Of a stretch of 64,000 nt of DNA, positions 22,442-33,680 are shown piece by piece. Made by a program: the position numbers and the translations under genes. The DNA is from an uncultured Methanoregulaceae archaeon (GTDB lineage: Archaea > Halobacteriota > Methanomicrobia > Methanomicrobiales > Methanospirillaceae): the NCBI GenBank assembly GCA_963737635.1, contig CAVTTL010000001.1, forward strand, positions 1,824,001 through 1,888,000, in the 5' to 3' direction. The notes under the pieces were generated by a model. It worked only from the letters and a program-made list of their open reading frames with translations, made no database searches and was not told where the DNA came from. Position 1 is the first letter of the stretch. Every line of letters begins with the position of its first letter.

Positions 22442-23297
22442 TCGTCACCTTCGTAAAAACCGTCTTTTTCATAATAAGATCCCGGTGTTTTGAGACCGCA
22501 AGCGCACACGGTTCTGCGACCCCGACAAGGCCAATCTTTTTTGCTTTTGATGGTGTTTCGGGCACCTGCGCATTAATAGTGTCGTCGTCAAGGAATATTA
22601 AATTGGCAGGGATTGCGGCAATTGCATCGCGGAGGCCGGTCTCGTCGCATTTTTTTGCGGTGGTTGCAAACATCATGATATCCTGCGGGGCGATGCCAGC
22701 CTGCGCCAGTGCTTCGTTTATCGCCCGTGTTACCTCTTCCGCCTTCACTCCTTTACGGCACCCAATACCGATCATGTATTCACCCTTGTGCACGAGCAGC
22801 GACACATCCGGGCCTGCAATGACGATCCCGGGGCCGGGAACGGAATAGATCTTTGCTCTGCCGTCCAGTATTCCTGCATTAACTATGCGGGTCGAATCGC
22901 GGTTGACGATATCGCAGCCGGAGCGGTCTGCAATTGCTTCGACAGAATCCCGGCCCGTCGCTTCTGTTGCCGTTGAGATGACCGGGACAAGCCCGAGCCC
23001 GGCAAGTTCCTTGGCAAGGTCGTTCGCCCCGTGATGCCCTCCGAGGAGCGGGATTGCGTACGAAAAGTCAGGAGTGACCACGACCACGGCCGGATCCGTC
23101 CACTTGTCTTTGAGTAGCGGGGCGATACTGCGCACCACGATACCCATGGACATCAGGGCGACGATGCGACGGGCTGCCGGAAAGGCCTCGGCAAAAACAC
23201 CTGCCCGGTATTCTATGATGTCCGCGTTGAGGAAATCCGCGATCCGCCGGGCGTCCGGCAGGAACCGGGGAAGTGCGATCACTACAGTATCGGTCAT
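22425..23297 (-). CDS. cbiG: Cobalt-precorrin-5A hydrolase
   Basis: DKWTDPAVVVV, LLGGHHGANDLA, GIGCRKG, GVAEPCAL. Confidence 0.93.
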   Translation of the reverse strand: MTDTVVIALPRFLPDARRIADFLNADIIEYRAGVFAEAFPAARRIVALMSMGIVVRSIAPLLKDKWTDPAVVVVTPDFSYAIPLLGGHHGANDLAKELAGLGLVPVISTATEATGRDSVEAIADRSGCDIVNRDSTRIVNAGILDGRAKIYSVPGPGIVIAGPDVSLLVHKGEYMIGIGCRKGVKAEEVTRAINEALAQAGIAPQDIMMFATTAKKCDETGLRDAIAAIPANLIFLDDDTINAQVPETPSKAKKIGLVGVAEPCALAVSKHRDLIMKKTVFTKVTIAIAR

Positions 23298-24032
23298 GAG
23301 TAAAGATACGATGTGATATGCCCCTCTTTTTTGTGCCAACTACGCCACCGATGAGGAGAAGTGCCGTATGCTCTATACCGGCCTCGTGTGCTCTGGCCGC
23401 AATATCGGCCACCGTTCCCCGGACAACCTTCTGGTCAGGCCACGACGCATGATAGACAACAGCTGCAGGTGTATCAGGGGGACAGGCCAGTTTCGCGGTG
23501 ATCTCCCCGAGTTTTTCTGTGCCAAGGAAGATCACCATAGTCGAACCAAGACGCGAGAATGCTTCTATCTGGTCTTTTTCCAGGGTCTTTCCCGCCGGCC
23601 GGGTAACGATAACCGATTCCGAAACACCCCGGAGCGTCAACTGGGTCCTGAGCGCCGCTGCAGCCGCAAACAGGGATGAGACCCCGGGAACCACCTCTAC
23701 ATCCACACCCTTCTCTTCGAGTCTTTCCATCTGTTCGACGATAGCACCGTACAGGGAGGGATCGCCGGAGTGAAGCCTTACCACTTTTTCCCCGGCGCAT
23801 GCGTACTGCACCATCGCATCGACTATTTCTTCGAGGTGCATACCCCAGCTGTCACATTTCACCCGGGCCCCCGACTCTTCAACAAGTACGGGGTTCACAA
23901 GCGATCCGGCATAGATCAGGATATCGGCACTTTTGATCAGTTCCTTTCCTTTTACGGTAATAAGCCCGGGTCACCGGGACCGGCACCGACAAACCAGACT
24001 TTAGGCGAGGAGACCTCTTTTTTTGCTGCCAT
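23294..24032 (-). CDS. cbiF: Cobalt-precorrin-4 C11-methyltransferase; two apparent -1 indels (~23966, ~23330)
   Basis: VWFVGAGPGDP upstream of the ORF-track call, RLHSGDPSLYGA, VYHASWPDQ; corrected end TSYLYS* overlaps cbiG ATG (ATGA). Confidence 0.9.
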
Positions 24033-24034
24033 AG

Positions 24035-24640
24035 TCATTGCCTCGCGTACAGCACACTCATGTAATCGCTTTTTTCCGGGATCTCATCGTTTTGGTAGAC
24101 TTTCATATCGGGGAAGAACATACGTTCGACGAGAATAAACTCCTCGTACCCTTCAGCCTTAAGGCCGGCGACAATCTTTTTCGGATGACGGGCTTTAAGC
24201 CGGATGAGAGCAGAAGGTTTGGCACCGTCAGTTACCAGAAATCCACCGGTAAGGGAGATCCCGGCTGCGGCAGCAAAAGCCGTGATCGAACTTATCCCGG
24301 GTTCAGTGCGAAACTCAATGCCGGGGTGACGCTCTGTGATGATGCCGCAGAGCCGCGAGAACGTGGAAAAAAAGTTCGGGTCGCCGAGGATGCCAAAGAC
24401 TGCGAGCCTATCCTGTGCGACCAGGGCAATCTTTTCCGCATTTGATTCAAGACATTCCCGGATCCGGTTCTCGTCATCAGTCATAGGGAAGTCGAGCATG
24501 ACCGGGTCGCGGTACGGTGCGACGAGATCGGCCGCGATCCGTCCCGGCACAAAGACGGTATCTGCCTCCCTGAGCAGCCGGACTGCCCGGAGCGTCAGGA
24601 GTTCCGGGTTTCCCGGACCAAGCCCGAGGCCTACGAGCAT
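24035..24640 (-). CDS. cbiL: Cobalt-sirohydrochlorin C20-methyltransferase
   Basis: GLGLGPGNPELLTLRA, FPMT, LGDPNFFSTF, PGISSITAFA. Confidence 0.92.
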   Translation of the reverse strand: MLVGLGLGPGNPELLTLRAVRLLREADTVFVPGRIAADLVAPYRDPVMLDFPMTDDENRIRECLESNAEKIALVAQDRLAVFGILGDPNFFSTFSRLCGIITERHPGIEFRTEPGISSITAFAAAAGISLTGGFLVTDGAKPSALIRLKARHPKKIVAGLKAEGYEEFILVERMFFPDMKVYQNDEIPEKSDYMSVLYARQ

Positions 24641-25173
24641 GCAGCACCAGCCCCAACAACGATATACACTGGATCGATCGGTTTGAACATTACGCTCTTC
24701 CCGAGAGCATGCGAACGGGAGACCTGCACGTGTACGGCCTCACGGAAGATCCCGAGTGCCTGCATCGTAGTAATGACCGTCGTAAGAGTGTTGACGAGTA
24801 CGGCGTTCACTACAATTACTCTCCGGACTTTCTTTGCAAGGAGCGGGAGAATAGTTTCGATCTGCTGTGAGCCGCCGACAAATGCACAATCGAATACCGA
24901 GGCGGTTTTTAAGAATTCAAGCCCTTCGCCACAGAAAAATTCTATGTTTGTTACCCCGGCCTTTCCGGCCGCCTTTTTCGCGTACGCGACAGCCTCCGGG
25001 CGCCGGTCGATCGCGAAGACTTTTTTTGCACAATCTGCAGCGGCAATCGAGACTTTACCGGTCCCGCACCCGAGATCGAGGACGATATCGTCACGCGTGA
25101 TGCCCATTTTGAAGAGAGAAACGGCCATAATCTCGTCGTGTGTCGGACCGCCGGCAGGCACTGCGTCTTCCAT
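24631..25173 (-). CDS. cbiT: Cobalt-precorrin-6B C15-methyltransferase (decarboxylating)
   Basis: GGPTHDEI..SL.K, DLGCGTG, FVGGS; first gene of the cbi block. Confidence 0.88.
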   Translation of the reverse strand: MEDAVPAGGPTHDEIMAVSLFKMGITRDDIVLDLGCGTGKVSIAAADCAKKVFAIDRRPEAVAYAKKAAGKAGVTNIEFFCGEGLEFLKTASVFDCAFVGGSQQIETILPLLAKKVRRVIVVNAVLVNTLTTVITTMQALGIFREAVHVQVSRSHALGKSVMFKPIDPVYIVVGAGAACS

Positions 25174-25329
25174 CTTCCCAAATTTAGTTGTGTTAATGTA
25201 TTAATGCTTGTAAAACCCCGGCTGAAGGGCACGATATGAAATAATAATGATATGGCCGTATTTTGCCCGCGAGGTATATATGGCACATCTGTTACATAGT
25301 CTGTAGGATTTACCGCTGGAGAGGATGTA

Positions 25330-26418
25330 TTGAACACCGGCAATTCAACAGGTTCTTTCTATGACGCCCCGGAAAATCTGAAAGCATCTGTATTTGTTAT
25401 TCTCATTCTCATAGGCATTTTTCTTGAAGGCTTAATCCATTTTGCGGATGGGATCGCGATCGTTTATTCCCAGTTTTATTACCTGATCGTCGTCGTTGCC
25501 GGCCTCTGGTACGGACGATTGGCGGTGGTAACTGCACTCTTCTTTGGCGGACTTGAGATTATCATAAGTCTGTTCCTTGTACCGGGAGCAATCCCCTTTG
25601 CCGCGATCCTCCGTGCCCTTATGCTGGTTATCGTGGCGGTCGTCATCTGGAAAGTCGTTGAGAATATGAAGAGGTACCAGAACCGGGTGCTCATCCAGAA
25701 CCGCGAATTAAAGGAAGTAAACGTGCAGCTGGCCAATTCCCAGAAGGCCTTTGTCATGGCAAACAAGAAGCTGAACTTGCTCTCCGGCATCACCCGGCAC
25801 GATATCAGGAATCAGCTGACGGCGCTTCTGGCGTATATCGAGCTCTCCAGAAAGATGGAGCCACCTGCGGAGCTGAAGAGAAACCTTGAGAATCAAGAGA
25901 TTGTAGCCAATAACATCCTGCGCCAGATCGAATTTACCAAGACCTATGAAGATATCGGCGTAAAGGCTCCGATCTGGAACAATGTCGCCCAGCTGATGGT
26001 CCTTAATTCACCGGCGCTTGCGAGTGCCGGCATCGATCTCACGATTTCCACTGACACGCTCGAGATCTACACCGATCCGCTCCTGGAAAAAGTATTCGAG
26101 AACCTGGTGGATAACTCGATTAGGCACGGCGAGCACGTGAAGCACATTACTGTCACGTACAAGAGACAAGAGACCGGCCTTCTTCTCATGTACTGTGACG
26201 ACGGGGTCGGCGTTATCGACACCGATAAAGAGAAGATATTTGAAAAGGGGTTTGGGAAACATACCGGCCTTGGTCTCTTTATCAGCCGGGAGATCCTCTC
26301 GATCACCGGGGTATCGATCCGGGAAACCGGTCGCTACGGAAGCGGCGTGCGCTTCGAGATCGAAGTCCCGGACGACTGTTACCGGTTCGGTGGGAAACTG
26401 GTACCAGCCGGAACCTGA
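25330..26418 (+). CDS. Membrane sensor histidine kinase
   Basis: 4 TM N-terminus; H-box ITRHDIRNQL; N box ENLVDNSIRHG; DDGVG; GLGL. Confidence 0.9.
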   Translation: MNTGNSTGSFYDAPENLKASVFVILILIGIFLEGLIHFADGIAIVYSQFYYLIVVVAGLWYGRLAVVTALFFGGLEIIISLFLVPGAIPFAAILRALMLVIVAVVIWKVVENMKRYQNRVLIQNRELKEVNVQLANSQKAFVMANKKLNLLSGITRHDIRNQLTALLAYIELSRKMEPPAELKRNLENQEIVANNILRQIEFTKTYEDIGVKAPIWNNVAQLMVLNSPALASAGIDLTISTDTLEIYTDPLLEKVFENLVDNSIRHGEHVKHITVTYKRQETGLLLMYCDDGVGVIDTDKEKIFEKGFGKHTGLGLFISREILSITGVSIRETGRYGSGVRFEIEVPDDCYRFGGKLVPAGT

Positions 26419-26429
26419 TCACTGGATTG

Positions 26430-26885
26430 TTATTCCTTGGCCGGCATCGTTTCCTTTGGCCTTTTATCTGCCCCGGATCCGATCTGGACGCCGGCCTTTT
26501 TGATCAGGTAATAAGCGGCAGCAAGGCCGACAATGATGATCCCGATTCCGATAAGCTCACCTACGTCAGCTGATGCAGGGTCAAGCAGGATCACTTTCCG
26601 TGCGATTGCGATGATCGCGAGGAGGACGACCACCTCGACGTGAACTACGTTGTCGGCAATATAGGCCTTCATCGTATCCAGCAGCTCAACGGTAATGAGC
26701 ACGAGTAAAAATGACCCAAGTACGGCGACAATTTCACTAGTGGTCAGTAATCCCGGCGGCGATGTTATCAGGTCTGTGACAAGCAGGACAACCAGCTGTG
26801 CCAGAGCAAAGATGAGCACTGCACCAAGCAGGATTATAAGGACGATGTAGATCAAGCGTTCGAACTTGTTAATCTGTTCAATCAT
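26430..26885 (-). CDS. PsiE-family membrane protein
   Basis: LLVLITVELLDT..Y, IIAIARKVILLD motif; 4 TM. Confidence 0.8.
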   Translation of the reverse strand: MIEQINKFERLIYIVLIILLGAVLIFALAQLVVLLVTDLITSPPGLLTTSEIVAVLGSFLLVLITVELLDTMKAYIADNVVHVEVVVLLAIIAIARKVILLDPASADVGELIGIGIIIVGLAAAYYLIKKAGVQIGSGADKRPKETMPAKE

Positions 26886-27643
26886 CAGATATCACCCGGA
26901 GGAATGAGATCCGGTTGTCGGGGATCATATAACCGGACGACATCGCCGATCACAATAATCGCCGGAGGTTTTACTTCAGCCTGTACTGCCATATCTCCGA
27001 TGGCCGAAAGCGGGCCGGTCGTCACCCGACGGTCTTTTCGCAGACCGCGTTCGATGATCGCGACCGGTGTGCCTGCATCTTTCCCGTTTTCGAGAAGGGC
27101 ACGGGCGATATTGCCGAGGTTTGCCACTCCCATCAGGATCACGATCGTGCCCCGGCTCCGGGCGAGCAGTTTCCAGTCGAGTGCAGGGGCAGGTTTTGTC
27201 GGGTCTTCGTGACCGGTAAGGATGGTCACCTGAGAGGCATATTTCCGGTGCGTAACCGGGATTCCCACCGATGCCGGAACAGCAAGCGCACTGGAGATGC
27301 CCGGCACCATCTCGACCTCGATCCCGGCTGCCCGGACCATCTCCAGCTCCTCGCCACCCCGGCCAAAGAGGAAGGGATCCCCACCCTTTAGCCGGACGAT
27401 CGTGAGGCCTTTTTTGGCCCGCTCGACCATTCTGGACTCGATCTCACGCTGCTCCAGCGTGTGTTTCCCACCGAATTTCCCACAGTCGATCTTATCAGCC
27501 TTCTCCGGCAGGGAAGAAAGGATCTCTTCACCGGGCAGCTGGTCGTAGAAAATGACATCTGCCGTTTCAATAATATCGGCTGCCCGCTGGGTGAGGAGGC
27601 CGGTCCCGCCCGGGCCGGAGCCGACCAGATAGACTTTACCCAT
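26885..27643 (-). CDS. cobA: Uroporphyrinogen-III C-methyltransferase
   Basis: [40 protein letters not shown]. Confidence 0.95.
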   Translation of the reverse strand: MGKVYLVGSGPGGTGLLTQRAADIIETADVIFYDQLPGEEILSSLPEKADKIDCGKFGGKHTLEQREIESRMVERAKKGLTIVRLKGGDPFLFGRGGEELEMVRAAGIEVEMVPGISSALAVPASVGIPVTHRKYASQVTILTGHEDPTKPAPALDWKLLARSRGTIVILMGVANLGNIARALLENGKDAGTPVAIIERGLRKDRRVTTGPLSAIGDMAVQAEVKPPAIIVIGDVVRLYDPRQPDLIPPGDI

Positions 27644-28525
27644 CATACGAGATCCCCAGAGTGTGGTATGCATCCGCGATCAGGTCATGGGCCTGTTTCC
27701 GCAGTTCCTGGCCCTGTGCCCGTGCTTCATCTAGTGTTCTGATGTCCTTTTCGATGCGTTCCGTCCGTTTCCCGTCGAGCGAGAGGACTTCAGCGATTAA
27801 GTGCCCACCCTGGCAATAAATACCCATGGGGGTATAGCACCCGGCACCAACCTGTTCCATTACTGCCCGCTCGATTGCGACATCCTTTCGGGTGCCCGGG
27901 TGATCGAGGGCGGAAAGCACCTCTATAAGCGAGGGATCTGCCCGGCTCACGACAGCAATCGTTCCCTGGTTTGGTGAAGGAACGAACGTTTCCGGGGGGA
28001 GCCTTTCACCCGGAATCCGGATACCGAGCCGTGTCAGGCCGGCTTCAGCAAGGACAATGGCATTAAACTGGCCTTCGCTGAGTTTCCTGATCCGTGTGTC
28101 GATATTGCCCCGGAGATCTTTGATTTCCAGGGTAGGATCATGGCGCAGGAGCTCGGCCCGGCGCCGGGTACTCGACGTGCCAATCACCCTGACCGCTGAA
28201 CCGGGCCGGTATACGCAAGGAAATCCGCCGGAGAGTCGCGGGGAAGTATTGCCGACGTGATCAGACCTGAGGGACGGATTGCGGGAATATCCTTCATGCT
28301 GTGCACGGCACAATCGATTTCGTTATTGAGGATTGCATCATCAAGTGCACGGACAAAAACGCCCTGCTTTCCGATCGCGTGAAGGGGGACACTGGTGACC
28401 TCGTCCCCCACGGTCGTGATGATCTTCTGTTCGACTTCAATACCAAGGGCTTGGATCTTTTTTATGACCGTTGCCGTCTGGGCAAGCGCGAGCCTGCTGC
28501 CCCGGGTCCCGATCCTTACCGACAC
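27636..28525 (-). CDS. hemC: Hydroxymethylbilane synthase; apparent -1 indel ~28200
   Basis: [45 protein letters not shown]. Confidence 0.95.
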
Positions 28526-29754
28526 GCAGTGTACCCCCCGGTGACAGCCTCAAGATCTTTTCCGGTATGCGCAACAGAAAGGAAATTTGTCTCGAACTGT
28601 GATGGCGGAAGGAAGATCCCGCGGGAAAGCATCTTCTGCCAGAACCCGGTAAAGGCTCCTATATCGCATTCTTTAACCTCAGTATAGTTCCGCGGGGCGT
28701 TATCCCTGAAGAAGTACTTGAACATCGATCCAATCCGCACAAACGACCCTCCGTCTTTATCAATTGATTCAGCGAGCGCCCGGGTCTTCCCGTCAAGATC
28801 AGTATAGATACCGGGATGATCGTGCAGCCAGCGGACGGTTGCAATCCCGGCGGCAAGAGAAAGAGGATTCCCCGAGAACGTCCCTGCCTGGTAGACCGGA
28901 CCCTGCGGCGCGACCAGGGCCATAATTTCCCGCCGCCCGCAGAATGCGCCGATGGGAAGACCGCCGCCGACAATCTTCCCCAGTGTCGTGAGATCGGGTT
29001 TCACGCCAAACAGTACCTGCGCCCCGCCGATGCCCAGCCGGTAACCAGTGATCACCTCATCAAAGATCAAAAGGACGCCGTACGCCTTGGTGATCTCCCG
29101 GATATCCCTGAGGTAACGGTCTTCCGGGAGTACCGGCCCGATATTCCCGAGTACCGGTTCGATGATGAGAGCGGCGATGTCGTGATCCCGTGCGAGCATC
29201 GCTTCGAGCGCTTCTGCATCATTGTAAGGCAGCTGCCGGGTGTGGGCAACAACAGACCGGGGCACTCCTGCTGAATCGGGAACGCCCATCGTCGTTGCTC
29301 CCGAGCCGGCTTTTACGAGCACCCCGTCATGAGCGCCGTGGAAGCCTCCTTCAATCTTGATGATATCGGACTTCCCGGTAAATCCCCGGGCGAGCCGGAT
29401 TGCAGCCATGGTTGCTTCCGATCCACTTGATACGAACCGCACCATGTCCATACCCGGGTGGTCACCGGTGATAAGCCGGGCAAACTCCGGTTCGTGAGGT
29501 GTTGGCGTGCCATACAACCAGCCCTTCTCAAGCTGTCCGGTAATCGCTCTTTTGATCTCCGGGTGAGCATGACCCAGGAGGAGGGGGCCGTAGGCCATGC
29601 AACAGTCGATGAGTTTTCCACCATCCGCTGTTGTAATGTGGGCACCTTCCGCATGCACGGTGTAAAACGGATACGGCTTGATTGCCCGGACCGGGCTTGA
29701 GACGCCGCCGGGCATCAGGGCCTGGGCCTCAGAAAACAGTTCAGAGCTCTTCAT
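28516..29754 (-). CDS. hemL: Glutamate-1-semialdehyde 2,1-aminomutase
   Basis: [43 protein letters not shown]. Confidence 0.96.
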   Translation of the reverse strand: MKSSELFSEAQALMPGGVSSPVRAIKPYPFYTVHAEGAHITTADGGKLIDCCMAYGPLLLGHAHPEIKRAITGQLEKGWLYGTPTPHEPEFARLITGDHPGMDMVRFVSSGSEATMAAIRLARGFTGKSDIIKIEGGFHGAHDGVLVKAGSGATTMGVPDSAGVPRSVVAHTRQLPYNDAEALEAMLARDHDIAALIIEPVLGNIGPVLPEDRYLRDIREITKAYGVLLIFDEVITGYRLGIGGAQVLFGVKPDLTTLGKIVGGGLPIGAFCGRREIMALVAPQGPVYQAGTFSGNPLSLAAGIATVRWLHDHPGIYTDLDGKTRALAESIDKDGGSFVRIGSMFKYFFRDNAPRNYTEVKECDIGAFTGFWQKMLSRGIFLPPSQFETNFLSVAHTGKDLEAVTGGYTACR

Positions 29755-30728
29755 TTCAGCCACCCGCTCACATCGTACGCAAAATAGGTGATGATGAGAT
29801 CCGCTCCCGCCCGTTTGATACAAGTCAGGGTCTCAATGACTGTCTCTTTCTCTTTTATCCATCCTTTTTCCGCGGCCGCTTTTATCATAGCGTATTCGCC
29901 GCTCACCTGGTAGCCGGCCACCGGGAGACCGAGCGTGGCAATGTCTGCCATGACATCGAGATAGGGCCCTGCAGGCTTGACCATCAGGATATCGGCTCCT
30001 TCCTCCATATCGAGCCGGGATTCGAGAAACGCCTCGCGCCCGTTTGCCGGGTTCATCTGGTAGGTCGTGCGGTCACCAAATGAGAACCCGGACTCAGCAG
30101 CCTCCCGGAATGGGCCGTACAGGGCAGATGAGAATTTGGTCGAATACGACATGATGAGTACATCTTCATACCCTCCTTCATCCAGTGCAGTCCGGATCGA
30201 TCGGACCATGCCGTCAAGCATACAGGAGGGAGCGATAATGTCGGCGCCTGCCTCTGCATGGCTTGTCGCAATACGGTTCATAAGGAGCAGGGACTCGTCG
30301 TTTAAGAGATCCTTTTCCCCGCAACGGGTGCTGCCGACTATCCCGCAGTGGCCGTGGCTGGTGTATTCACAGGCACAGACATCAGTGATGACCGCCATTT
30401 CAGGGTATGCCGCCTTGATCCGCCGGACCGCTTGCTGCACAATTCCCTCGGGATCATAGGCGCTTGTGGCGGCCTCGTCCTTGTGCGCCGGGATGCCAAA
30501 GAGGAGAACCGCCCGGATGCCCCGTTCCCAGAGTTTTCCAGCGACCGCTGCAATGCCGTCGACCGGGTACCGGGACTGCCCGGGCATAGAGACAATAGGC
30601 ACCGGGGTTTTTGCCGTTTCATCAACAAAGAGGGGGGCGACGAGATCGTTTTTTGTCAGGGTCGTCTCACACAAAAGAGGTTGAACCGTGCGGGATCGTA
30701 CCCGCCGCATTCGTCGCTGTAGGAACAT
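29751..30728 (-). CDS. hemB: Porphobilinogen synthase
   Basis: [48 protein letters not shown]. Confidence 0.96.
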   Translation of the reverse strand: MFLQRRMRRVRSRTVQPLLCETTLTKNDLVAPLFVDETAKTPVPIVSMPGQSRYPVDGIAAVAGKLWERGIRAVLLFGIPAHKDEAATSAYDPEGIVQQAVRRIKAAYPEMAVITDVCACEYTSHGHCGIVGSTRCGEKDLLNDESLLLMNRIATSHAEAGADIIAPSCMLDGMVRSIRTALDEGGYEDVLIMSYSTKFSSALYGPFREAAESGFSFGDRTTYQMNPANGREAFLESRLDMEEGADILMVKPAGPYLDVMADIATLGLPVAGYQVSGEYAMIKAAAEKGWIKEKETVIETLTCIKRAGADLIITYFAYDVSGWLK

Positions 30729-30868
30729 GGGCACCATACCTTGGACGTTGATAGATACAGATTGCAGATGCATCGTATTTATGGTTATATTATCCATGTA
30801 CCGCCGGCCTTTCGCACGTACCTGCTCAAGCGGGAACCTATATCCCATTTTCCGGGTTTATCATTCTT

Positions 30869-31507
30869 ATGCAGAGACTGGTATTTTCCGTTTCCGCCGT
30901 TCTTGTCTGTGCTGCTCTCCTGGTGGCCGGCTGTGTTGCTCCATCCAGCACTTCGGGAAGTGTGACGCCGGTTGCCACCTCTACGGCCACCATATCGCTT
31001 GCACCGCTCGCGCTTGCCCCTGCCGATCTCCCAGCCAATGTCACGCAGGAATCCGGCCGGCAGAAATCGAACAGTGAAGTCGGCTCGGTTGCAAAAGATC
31101 TCGGGTGGCAAGAAGGCTACGTTGCCACGTATTCCTCACCGGGAAACGGGACAACGATCATCCAGACCATCACCGTCTACCCGGCGGCAAATATGCCTGA
31201 TGTCATCAACCTGGTAAATGCCGGTGACCAGCGGGAAACCGGGTTAGCCTATGCCGATCTGCCACTGCCCGCAACCGGGCCGGAAACCTATGCCTTCTCG
31301 GCCACGGTGAATGTAACCCCAACCACTACAGAGAATAGCGGACTACCGATCTCTTCCGGGAGTAGCGTATCTGCGCAATCGGTGGGATATACCGAAGTGA
31401 TCTTCGCAAAAGGTGACATCCTCGAAGTAATCCGGATGAGTGGGCCTGGCACACAGTATGATACCCTCAAAACCCTCGCAGAGACCGCATACAACAAGAT
31501 CGGGTAA
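30869..31507 (+). CDS. Putative lipoprotein
   Basis: Signal peptide with LLVAGC lipobox, Ser/Thr-rich linker. Confidence 0.8.
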   Translation: MQRLVFSVSAVLVCAALLVAGCVAPSSTSGSVTPVATSTATISLAPLALAPADLPANVTQESGRQKSNSEVGSVAKDLGWQEGYVATYSSPGNGTTIIQTITVYPAANMPDVINLVNAGDQRETGLAYADLPLPATGPETYAFSATVNVTPTTTENSGLPISSGSSVSAQSVGYTEVIFAKGDILEVIRMSGPGTQYDTLKTLAETAYNKIG

Positions 31508-31593
31508 CGTGAAAAAAGAGTAAACCCGGTTTTTGCCGGGATAGTAGCCTCTCTTTTTAGATCCCGTCTCTTCTCATGGTGGCGGGATAACTC

Positions 31594-32880
31594 TCATTCG
31601 GGTGTTTCCCCGTTTTTAGGCAATTCGGCTCCAGTCATGCCCCGGGTAAGTGCATGGACGAGCGCTTCTGCAGAACCGCGATCGCCTTCCTCTGCACATT
31701 CCCGAATGGATGCAGTTGCATCCGTAAGGATCTTTTTTGTGAGCACCCGGGAGAGATCGTCAATCACTTCCATGGTCCGCTCATCGGTATTTCCCAGCCG
31801 GGCAAGGGCCTTGTCCCGTTCACGTAGCCTGACGGCTTCGGCCCACGTATGCAGGGCGGCGATGCAGTCATCGGCGGACTTCCGGTGCAGCTGGCGGATA
31901 AAGTGTTCCAGTTCATCGCTGACGTGGGCAGCAGCCCGTTCTGCCTCAGCTTTACGGGTGCTCATCGTCCGTTCGTTGACCTGCCGGAGATCATCGATCG
32001 TAAAAAGCCGGACCCTGTCAATACTCCCGGCGCCTTCCTCAACATCCCGGGGCTGGGCGATATCGATTAGGATCAGCGGGCGGGGATGACCTTCGACCGG
32101 CCAGCACCGGGCATGCATTGCCTCTTTTAATTCTGCCTTGTGGATGACCGGGTGCGGTGCCGATGTGCACGATATCACGACATCGGAGAGGGTGATGTAA
32201 TGGTACAGCTCGTTCATCCTGACTGCTTTTCCGCCAATCTTCTCCGCGAGCTTGACCGCCCGCCCGAACGTGCGGTTCGCGACGTACATGGCGGTCAGCT
32301 GCTTTGCCGCAAGCGCCTGAGCCACAAGAAGCCCCATCTCGCCGCTGCCGACCACGAGAATGTGCCTTCCCTCAAGCGTCCCGATCTCCGATTCGGCAAG
32401 AAGAACGGCGGCGGAGCCGACCGAGACGGCACCCCGGTTAATCTTCGTATTTTTGCGCACACCGATGCCAACGTGGACGGCCTTGTTGATACAGAGTGTA
32501 AGGAACGTACTTGCAGTACCGGCAGTCTCTCCATCAGCAAGCGCTTTCTTGAGCTGTCCGATGATCTGGTCTTCACCGACAATCATCGATTCGATGCCGG
32601 AGGCAAGGGAGAAGAGGTGGTGCAATGCTTCGCGTCCCTCAAACAGGAAGAATTTCGATCGCCCCTGATCGTCGAGGAATTCCCGGAGCGTGTCAACGCC
32701 GCCTTCGACAATGATCTCGACCCGGTTGCAGGTCTGGAGGAGAAGGACACCCTGGAATTTCTTTTTTGCGGCTGCAAGAAATGCCGGTTCGTCCCCGAAC
32801 CGGAAAGCCTCAAGTGCCATCACATCTGCGGTATGATGGCTCACCCCGGCGATGGCTATCCGCGATCCATGCTTATTCAT
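31594..32880 (-). CDS. hemA: Glutamyl-tRNA reductase
   Basis: LQTCNRVE, SMIVGEDQI, GSGEMG, ANRT, DIAQPRDVE. Confidence 0.96.
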   Translation of the reverse strand: MNKHGSRIAIAGVSHHTADVMALEAFRFGDEPAFLAAAKKKFQGVLLLQTCNRVEIIVEGGVDTLREFLDDQGRSKFFLFEGREALHHLFSLASGIESMIVGEDQIIGQLKKALADGETAGTASTFLTLCINKAVHVGIGVRKNTKINRGAVSVGSAAVLLAESEIGTLEGRHILVVGSGEMGLLVAQALAAKQLTAMYVANRTFGRAVKLAEKIGGKAVRMNELYHYITLSDVVISCTSAPHPVIHKAELKEAMHARCWPVEGHPRPLILIDIAQPRDVEEGAGSIDRVRLFTIDDLRQVNERTMSTRKAEAERAAAHVSDELEHFIRQLHRKSADDCIAALHTWAEAVRLRERDKALARLGNTDERTMEVIDDLSRVLTKKILTDATASIRECAEEGDRGSAEALVHALTRGMTGAELPKNGETPE

Positions 32881-33499
32881 GCAGGTACCTCTCACTTACC
32901 CGCTCCCATGCCCGGTCCTGGGATTCGGTAAGCAGTGTCCATACGATCTTGTCACGGAGTACTGACCAGAGGATCCTGCGGCGCATTTCCGGGGTAGTCA
33001 TGCGTTGTTTTAACGTCTCCCGCAGTCGGTGCTGGAGTACCACCATGGCGTCAAGGGCAGGATAATTCTTCTCGATCTCCTGCCGGATAAATCGTGAGAC
33101 CGCCGGGCTCTCGCTCCCTGTACTGACGGCGATAGTATAATGCTCCCCGTTTGTTATTGCCGGGATAACCACATCACCCGGTTTCCCATTGGCATTGTTG
33201 AAAAGGACGCCGTGTTCTTTGCAGAGTGCACCGATCCGGTCGTTCTCGGCCTGATCGGAAAGCGCACCGATGACAAGAAACGCAGGCGCAATGAAAAGTC
33301 CCAGTTCAGCGTCTGTCGCCATACGGGTATCGAGCGTGTTCAGCTGGACCGGAGACGCCCGACATGACGGTCCGAAGGTCCTGCTGACCATGACGACGTC
33401 GGCTTCCCGTGCAAAATGCCCGGCTTTGCGTGCCGCCACGTCTCCTCCCCCGAAAATGACCACTCGTTTTCCCGTGCACTCCACGAAGAGCGGTATCAT
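32873..33499 (-). CDS. sirC: Precorrin-2 dehydrogenase (SirC/CysG N-terminal type)
   Basis: MIPLF, GGGDVAARK, AVSTGSESPA; immediately upstream of hemA. Confidence 0.88.
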   Translation of the reverse strand: MIPLFVECTGKRVVIFGGGDVAARKAGHFAREADVVMVSRTFGPSCRASPVQLNTLDTRMATDAELGLFIAPAFLVIGALSDQAENDRIGALCKEHGVLFNNANGKPGDVVIPAITNGEHYTIAVSTGSESPAVSRFIRQEIEKNYPALDAMVVLQHRLRETLKQRMTTPEMRRRILWSVLRDKIVWTLLTESQDRAWERVSERYLHE

Positions 33500-33680
33500 T
33501 GATCAATACATAGAGCCATTAGGTTAATTTAAGATGTGTCATTTGGATCCGGCAGGGAGATTATGATTCCATCTTGTGAAGCCTGTCTTACGGGAGTGCC
33601 GACTGGTAAATACGCCTGCATTTATGCCTGAAATGTCGATATACTTAAATTCTATGAATGACCACACTTTAGAGCACACT

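Noticed and set aside
19449-25173. Absence of cbiX/cbiJ/cbiA in the cbi block as a novel pathway
   Set aside because: These genes are commonly encoded elsewhere in methanogen genomes; cannot be judged from one window
25174-25329. Cobalamin riboswitch before the cbi operon
   Set aside because: Region is short and AT-rich with no B12-box or recognisable conserved stems
11265-28525. Programmed frameshifting or true pseudogenes in dnaK, ilvD, cbiD/C/F, hemC
   Set aside because: Mixed +1 and -1 events, no shared slippery heptamer, no in-frame stops or other decay; single-base read errors are far more parsimonious
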